From assembly GCA_950097015.1 (NCBI GenBank), contig CATNEN010000038.1:24986001-25050000 (forward strand): 64,000 nt of DNA. The letters run 5' to 3'. Shown in pieces: positions 57,571-64,000 of the stretch. Both the position numbers and the translations under genes were made by a program. This stretch comes from Macrostomum hystrix (Eukaryota; Animalia; Platyhelminthes). Within the stretch, counting starts at the first letter, position 1; every line of letters begins with the position of its first letter. Under the pieces are notes generated by a model. It saw only the letters and a program-made list of their open reading frames with translations, had not been told where the DNA came from and did no database searches.

Positions 57571-58381
57571 TGTACCAGGGCTTACTTCCTTTTACTTAAT
57601 TTTACTGAATGCCACCAAAGTTGTACAGGTGGAAATTAATATTTCTACTACAGTTGACTCACATTAACTGGTGGACCTTAAAAAGGGCCGTTTTAACTTC
57701 TTAATTGGTAGCGTTTATATATGCACGAGCGGTAATTAGGCAACTGTATACTTTTCCAGCCGATTAGGCGTCCCCGAGATTTAGAGTTTAGCAGTTCCCT
57801 TCGATAATATTCTTAGTATAACTTCTGAGTATAATTCTACTTATACTTCTCACTGCTATCTTCCTTTAAAATGAATAACACAATGCAAAGCTGTCGGAAA
57901 TTTATCTTTTAAACACACTTAAAACTATATTTACAAACACCTCTTGAAAAACTACTTCAACTTTTAAACTCTTTAAACACTCTCCTGAAACACTTTAATA
58001 CTCTTGTACAAAGGCTTTCAGCTTTAACTCAACTCAACAATTTCAACTTCAACTCTAAAAACACACTTCGAAACACTCTTACAGACTCACTGAAACACTT
58101 CGAACACTTTCGAACTCTCTCGGACTCACTCCAGGTTATTTTTCCAGACCAAAAGTGCGGCTATTTATAGTGAGAAAAATTAACTTTTGTTTAAACGGGA
58201 GCATTTTACATAATATTATTTATAATACGCGATTTAAAACAAAATTATTTACATACAGTATTACTTTTGATACGGTACAAAGATAAACAAATTATTATTT
58301 TTTTTTGGCGCATTTTTAATTTTATTTATTTTTATAATTTTTATAATAGAATAACGTATATACAAGAGGCTAACTATTACA
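57571..58381 (-). repeat. 5' LTR (811 bp)
   Basis: TGTAATAG...GGTACA on the minus strand, adjacent to the PBS. Confidence 0.97.
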
Positions 58382-59326
58382 TTATAATCAATAAATTTTA
58401 ATTCAAGATTACTCCAACGATTTTAGAGGCGACGAAGCAACAAAAAACCACTGCTATTTTTAGGTTTAGTGTAAGAAAGTACAATGTTCTCTGTATAATA
58501 GGAAAAAGGAAATCGAGCCAACTTTTAATTGTTTTTATTTTTTACTGCTCTAAACAAACAAGCTTTGGCACAAACACAATTAAATATGTTTAGTCGAGAA
58601 CATATAAGCCATTCATCACTAATAAATTGCTGATGTAAGAGCATCGTAAAATATTGTTGATATCAAATTTGCGCTTGTGTATAGAGCAAAAGTGTAAATT
58701 TATACTTAATATAGATGCCTATTAAAAAAGTATGAATAGCTTTTATGTACGCTTCTCTTGATATTTTCACAGCACTTGATTTTTTAACAAAGGAAAGAAA
58801 AAAAGGCGACTTAAAAAAGTTTCGGTCATACCAGCGAAAATATTTAAGTACCATAGAAGTAATATAGGACTGTTGGAGCCGCGTAACAACCAGCGTAAAT
58901 AAAGAATCTTTTTTTTGTCGTTGTCAAAAATAAACAGCAAAGTATAGTAAGTTAGTATTTAACTTATTAAGTAATTAAGTAAAAGTCAATACTATATAAT
59001 CTAAAGAAAAAGGAAGCAAAGTAAAGAAATATATAAACGTAGAGCAACACGTACAGAACACAGATTCACTGGGGCAGAAATTACGTTATAGTTTTATTTG
59101 ATTCACTAGTAAATTCTTTTAAAAGTTGGAGAAAACTTCTTAAACTTCTTTTAAACTTTTTTTTAAAAGTAGTAAAAAAAATAAATCACCACTTAATGAT
59201 TTTTTGTTTTTCTTTTTTTGTCGCGTAACAGGATAAAAATGTATGTACTAGCTGTAGCTTGATATAGTACAACAATAATGACATAGTACAAGAAATAACT
59301 TTACTATAGCACTTTTTGATTTAAAT

Positions 59327-59989
59327 CAGGGGTCGGCAAACTTATTAGCTAGCGGGCCAAAGAGAAAACGTAAAATACTACAGCGGGCCGCATTGATTGT
59401 AGAAATGTGGGATAGGGGAGAGATGAGACACAGGAGAGAAGAGACACAGGAGAGATGCGACACAGGAGAGATGCGACACAGGAGAGATGAGACACTCGGA
59501 AAGAAGAGACACAGGAGAGATGCGACACAGGAGAGATGCGTCACAGGAGAGATGCGTCACAGGAGAGATGTGACACAGGAGAGATGCGACACAGGAGAGA
59601 TGCGTCACAGGAGAGATGTGACACAGGAGAGATGAGACACTCGGAAAGAAGAGACACAGGAGAGATGCGACACAGGAGAGATGCGACACAGGAGAGATGA
59701 GACACTCGGAAAGAAGAGACACAGGAGAGATGCGACACAGGAGAGATGTGACACAGGAGAGATGTGACACAGGAGAGATGTGACACAGGAGAGATGTGAC
59801 ACAGGAGAGATGCGACACAGGAGAGATGAGACACTCGGAAAGAAGAGACACAGGAGAGATGCGACACAGGAGAGATGCGACACAGGAGAGATGAAACAAG
59901 ATACTATAAGTGTCGGTAGGGGCAACGGGCCGGATTTGGGAGCTTCGAGGGCCGGATCTGGCCCGCGGGCCGGAGTTTGCCGACCCCTG
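59327..59989. mobile_element. hAT (Charlie-like) MITE with internal 16-bp minisatellite
   Basis: Perfect TIR CAGGGGTCGGCAAACT; 8-bp TSD ATTTAAAT; internal (GACACAGGAGAGATGC)n at ~59420-59895. Confidence 0.93.
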
Positions 59990-60405
59990 ATTTAAATAAA
60001 AGTCCAATATCGAATCAATACAAAGTCTGTGCTTTGGAAAGTATAAAAAAGTAGAATATTAAAATTCGCAATCGGCAAAATTAATTTTCTTACAAATATT
60101 TGCAAAAGCAAAATATTCAACTGCCCTAGCTATGCATGTAAGTATTACTTTAGAAACAACAAGTTTTAATTTAATTTTTAAACTAAAAACAACAAAAACG
60201 AATGTGGACAACACGTACAAAAAATAAAAACAATAAAGAATTGCTACTAAAAACACCTTGTCTTGCGTCGGCATGATTTTCTATGGAGATAAATTCTGCT
60301 GTGTGTAAAGTAATCAATAAATAAAGAAAAATATGACATGGATTAAAACTTTACCGTTATTTTAAAACGAGTATTTAAAAATCAAGAAGTAAATTAGTCA
60401 CAGAT

Positions 60406-63400
60406 TTAAACTTTCCGAATGTCGATTTGCACTAGGCCAACAAATGACAGTGCCAACGCGAATGACACGATGCACTTCTTCTTGCTCATCTCTTCTGAGA
60501 CAGACTTTGCGGGTACGAACAGCAACCAATCTGGCAGCTGTTCGCATTTTAATCTATTGGATTCTTCCAGGCTTCCTTTGAAATTGTAAGCGTTCAATCG
60601 CCAATTGAGATTGCATTCCTGTTGTCCGTACTTCGGCTTGCGTGGAAAGAACCGCAGAGTGTCAATTGGGTTCTTGGCTACGGAAATTATTAGGCGCAGC
60701 CGAGTGGAACCGTACTTTCGTTTTGTCGATCCGTCGGGCGATGACTGCAGAATGGTGGCACTATTGCACGTCTCCAAAGATCTATTAGCGAGTCGCAGCA
60801 TTTCTCTCCTGTTTTCAAAACTATTGCTTCTTAAAGCTTTCGCTAGCATAAAGGCGGCAAACATGAAATGAGCCAGAAAATCGTCTTTAAACTTTCTGCA
60901 CCATTCCTTTGACACTTCTATGGCAGTTTCTAATGCATTTGTCGGCTTGAGTGTGAGTAAGATAATACACAGTTCAAAGTAGTTCTTGGCGAGCTTGGAG
61001 TTACAATTGAGTAAAATATCCTTTAGCTTCTCCTTCGAATCTCGATTCAGATGGCGAATCTCCCAGCCTCGATCCCAGCGGCCGTAAAAGCACACATTTT
61101 GGTCAGAGGAAAAATCATCGGCTTCAAATTCCACAGTCGGGTGATTAACAGATTTGCATTTATTGAGATAATACTCAACAGCCACCCATGCAAATGGGAA
61201 TGTTGTGAACTCTGTGCTTTCGGCACGTGGGTAACAGCGCTTGATAAATTCCATTTTCGTTTCTTTAATTTTTGCCATCTGCTTTTGTGTAAACGTGTCT
61301 TGCTGTACACGTCCATCTTCGTACATTTCCTCTAGCCGAAATATGTTCATCAGAACAGTGTCGTGTGTGTGCTTTATCGTCTCGAACTGCGGATCCAGGA
61401 TTTTTTGCAAGTAAACTTCAGTCTTACTGTCGCAGACATCAGAGAAGAAATTGTTTAGTAGGACGCGTTGCGCTTGAATTTCGTTGCAGTATGGATGGGC
61501 GCGAAATTCTCCGGGAGCAAATTTTACATTTCTCCTCTTATCCTGCGCTTTGCGACACAACGTCATGCTCTCACAGGCCAAATGTTGCAGCTCCTCAAAT
61601 TGTAGATGCCTTCCCGAGTTCAGTCGACAGTTGATTAGGTGAGCTGACAGACCAAGAACCACGTCATCGTTACACTCCGTATCTTGGAACGGAACTTTTT
61701 CATCTTTCAAATCCAGCGCCGCACGAACGAGTTTAAGAGAATTTTCATAGTCATGCAGCTCGTAAGAGAATAGACGAGCGCAGTGAATTAAAATGTGCGC
61801 TCGCTTCTCGGGGAACATTTTTGCCAACTTCAGAAATATTTCTTCAATCTGCTTCCAGGTAAGCTTCTTACTGACAGTGCACAACTTCGAAATCGTGATG
61901 ATAAAATCGGTGAAAAGCTTCTTCGGATCGAGCATGCGCTTTTCGCAGGTGAATAATTCCTGCACAAGTTTCTCCAGACAAGGAATCAGCTGAGGACTAT
62001 CGACCATGCTGCAGATATCATTAACAAACGTGTCGATCAGCAGCAAATCTCTTTCTGTTTCAGGTATGCATGAAAACAAGCACTCCAAAATCATGTTGCC
62101 AACCACGAAGACAGGAGCGAAACCGAAGATTCGCTTGTGCCTCTGTACGGTTAGCAAATGCCTTTGTTTGCCTAGTGCGTCAAGAGTTAGACTAGGATCG
62201 GCCTGTGCAGGTGATAGTCCCACCACAATGAGCAGCTATCGTCAAGTCCAGTGGCGCATGAGTAAAAAGCTGAACTAGCGAGGCAAAGAACAGCAGTTTC
62301 TTCTTTGAATCGTCAATGTTTGTCAGTAGAAGCTCCACAAATTCTTTGATTCGACGGTAATCTTTTTTAAAATACCAAACGCCGAACAGAAATGGGGTGC
62401 ATTCCGTTTCATCGCCAACTTCAGTGGCAAACTTTTCAAATGTGACATCACCCCCGACACTGTCGTAAATAGCAGTGAAGGCTTTCGTTTCTTCCTCGTT
62501 GAGCTCCATAGTGACTGTGTGACTGCGTGACTGTGCGGTCGCTTGACTGCGTGACTGCGACGATTCGGGGGCCACCTGTTCAACAAATAAGGCAATGAAC
62601 TTAGGCGTTGGCTGGAGTAGCCTTAGCTCGCTTACAAAAGTTTGGACCGTAATGAAGTCTGCAGTATGTGAGTCGAAAAGTATTAGCACGGGAATCCCGG
62701 AGTCTTTAAAAACAATACAAACAGCGTCAATAATGTCTTTCAGTTTACCTATGCTTTTTACCTCAATGCATGGATAATCCTCACGAAGCTGCCACAATAC
62801 AGCCCTGGCGATGGTGGTGGCTCCTGATAGTGGATCGTGATACAGTCGGACAATCTGGTTTTCCCAAGGGTTAAAGCTAGCTCCAGTTCGATCTCTGCTA
62901 TTCTCCAGTGAAGCTTTGACCCGATTCTTAAGTTTGTCTATCTCCCTACGCCTGACGAACACTCGCTTGCTGGAGTTCCTGTACTCCATCTGCTCATTAG
63001 CATAGAGCATCTCCTTGGTCAGCTCACTTCCTGCAAGAAACTCTCGAATTAATGAAACTTCTCGTTCCTCTGTTTGCTTTTCATTTAGTTGGCTTTGGCT
63101 CCTTTGACCAGATTTGATGTGATACAGCCTCAGATATGGTTTGTGGCAAGCAAAGCTCTCACGCGACAGGAGGAATCGCCCTGAGATACCTGGCAGCTCA
63201 TAATCTTGCTTCGAAGAGTCGGACGGACTCAAGGAATCCAGAACGTAGCTGATTTGATTGGCGGGTGAGACAAAAGATTCTGAACAGTCCGTTATTTTAA
63301 CACTATTCTTCACACATTCGTGCGTAAAAAGTGCTATTAGTTGAAATTCTTTTGCATTGCCAGACTCTGACTCATAAGCGTCCTTTAGCATGCTGGGAAT

Positions 63401-64000
63401 TTCGTCAGGCCTAAGGGTTGAGGCCAAAAAGTCATCCACAGAAGCGGTTAGAAACAAAGCCAGGCAAATGACTGGCTTTGGGGTCAAATTCCTTTCGAAT
63501 ACTGGCTCAAGCGCATTCGACCTGATCAACTTTTTTACCTTAGCCGGATTCTTTTCTTCCTTAATGGAACGTAATTCGCAGCCGTTTGTTTGAATGTTGA
63601 GAGTTCTATCGCCTCGCTGACACTCTTCCATGTCCTTTATTTCAATCTTTTCGTTTAGTTCATTCCAGGCCTTCATGGTATAGAGCCGACCTTGCTTGTT
63701 CATCTCTTCTTCAATTAATGCACAATGATTGCCTGGCTTTCTACTATTGCGATCAAAGTCCAATATAATGCTCCACTTTCCGCGACCCAAGGCCCTAACC
63801 AAAGTGTTCATATCTTCATCCCTCTCGACACCAGAGAACCGCGTTAGTAGGAGCACTCGAAAGTAATTGTATGCACTTTCCAACTTATCCTTGACTAACA
63901 GCATCGCGCTGGCATCGTAATGCTTTGTGAATAGTTTTTTCACACGCTCGTGAATAGTCTGGGTCCATTCTTCTTCAGGCAGGTTTTTCGCGTCACTTCT
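60406..64000 (-). CDS. SAMD9/SAMD9L-like STAND NTPase protein, 5'-partial, with one frameshift near 62230
   Basis: WSIILDFDRNS, LYHDPLSGATTIARAVLWQLR (SAMD9-type degenerate Walker A), PVLILFD (Walker B), helical TPR-like region, C-terminal OB-like VSFALALSFVGLVQIDI. Frame open to the window end; ORFs 62192-63943 and 60406-62226 overlap out of frame. Confidence 0.82.

Larger units (their letters stand above)
50062..58381 (-). mobile_element. Full-length Ty3/Gypsy LTR retrotransposon
   Basis: TG...CA LTRs, 4-bp TSD TTAT, PBS, PPT, gag and PR-RT-RH-IN order. Confidence 0.98.

Noticed and set aside
59326-60007. Cys/Ser/Leu-rich ORFs and CRISPR-like periodicity
   Set aside because: Tandem minisatellite in a MITE with no unique spacers; eukaryotic context

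Overview
Eukaryotic (metazoan invertebrate-like) genomic DNA with GT-AG introns, tRNA-derived SINEs, Helitrons and an LTR retrotransposon; the species cannot be determined from sequence alone. In order: the 3' part of a spliced low-complexity gene (<1-2651); a classical calpain gene (6172-10105); and a ~28 kb minus-strand tandem array of ten alpha-SNAP (NAPA/Sec17-like) paralogs or fragments (13345-41463), interrupted by a partial duplication of the calpain 3' end. Next comes a transposon-dense block (mariner relic with a long inverted repeat, two tandem Helitron derivatives, an intact Ty3/Gypsy element with an extra ORF, a hAT MITE), then a frameshifted SAMD9-like gene running off the window end. 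The most striking system is the alpha-SNAP array. A near-identical SNAP core is fused, at the same point, to mostly unrelated N-termini that carry one or two predicted transmembrane helices, and to variable C-terminal tails that all keep a penultimate Leu/Ile. These look like membrane-anchored, diversifying alpha-SNAPs, close to an innate-immunity-type gene.
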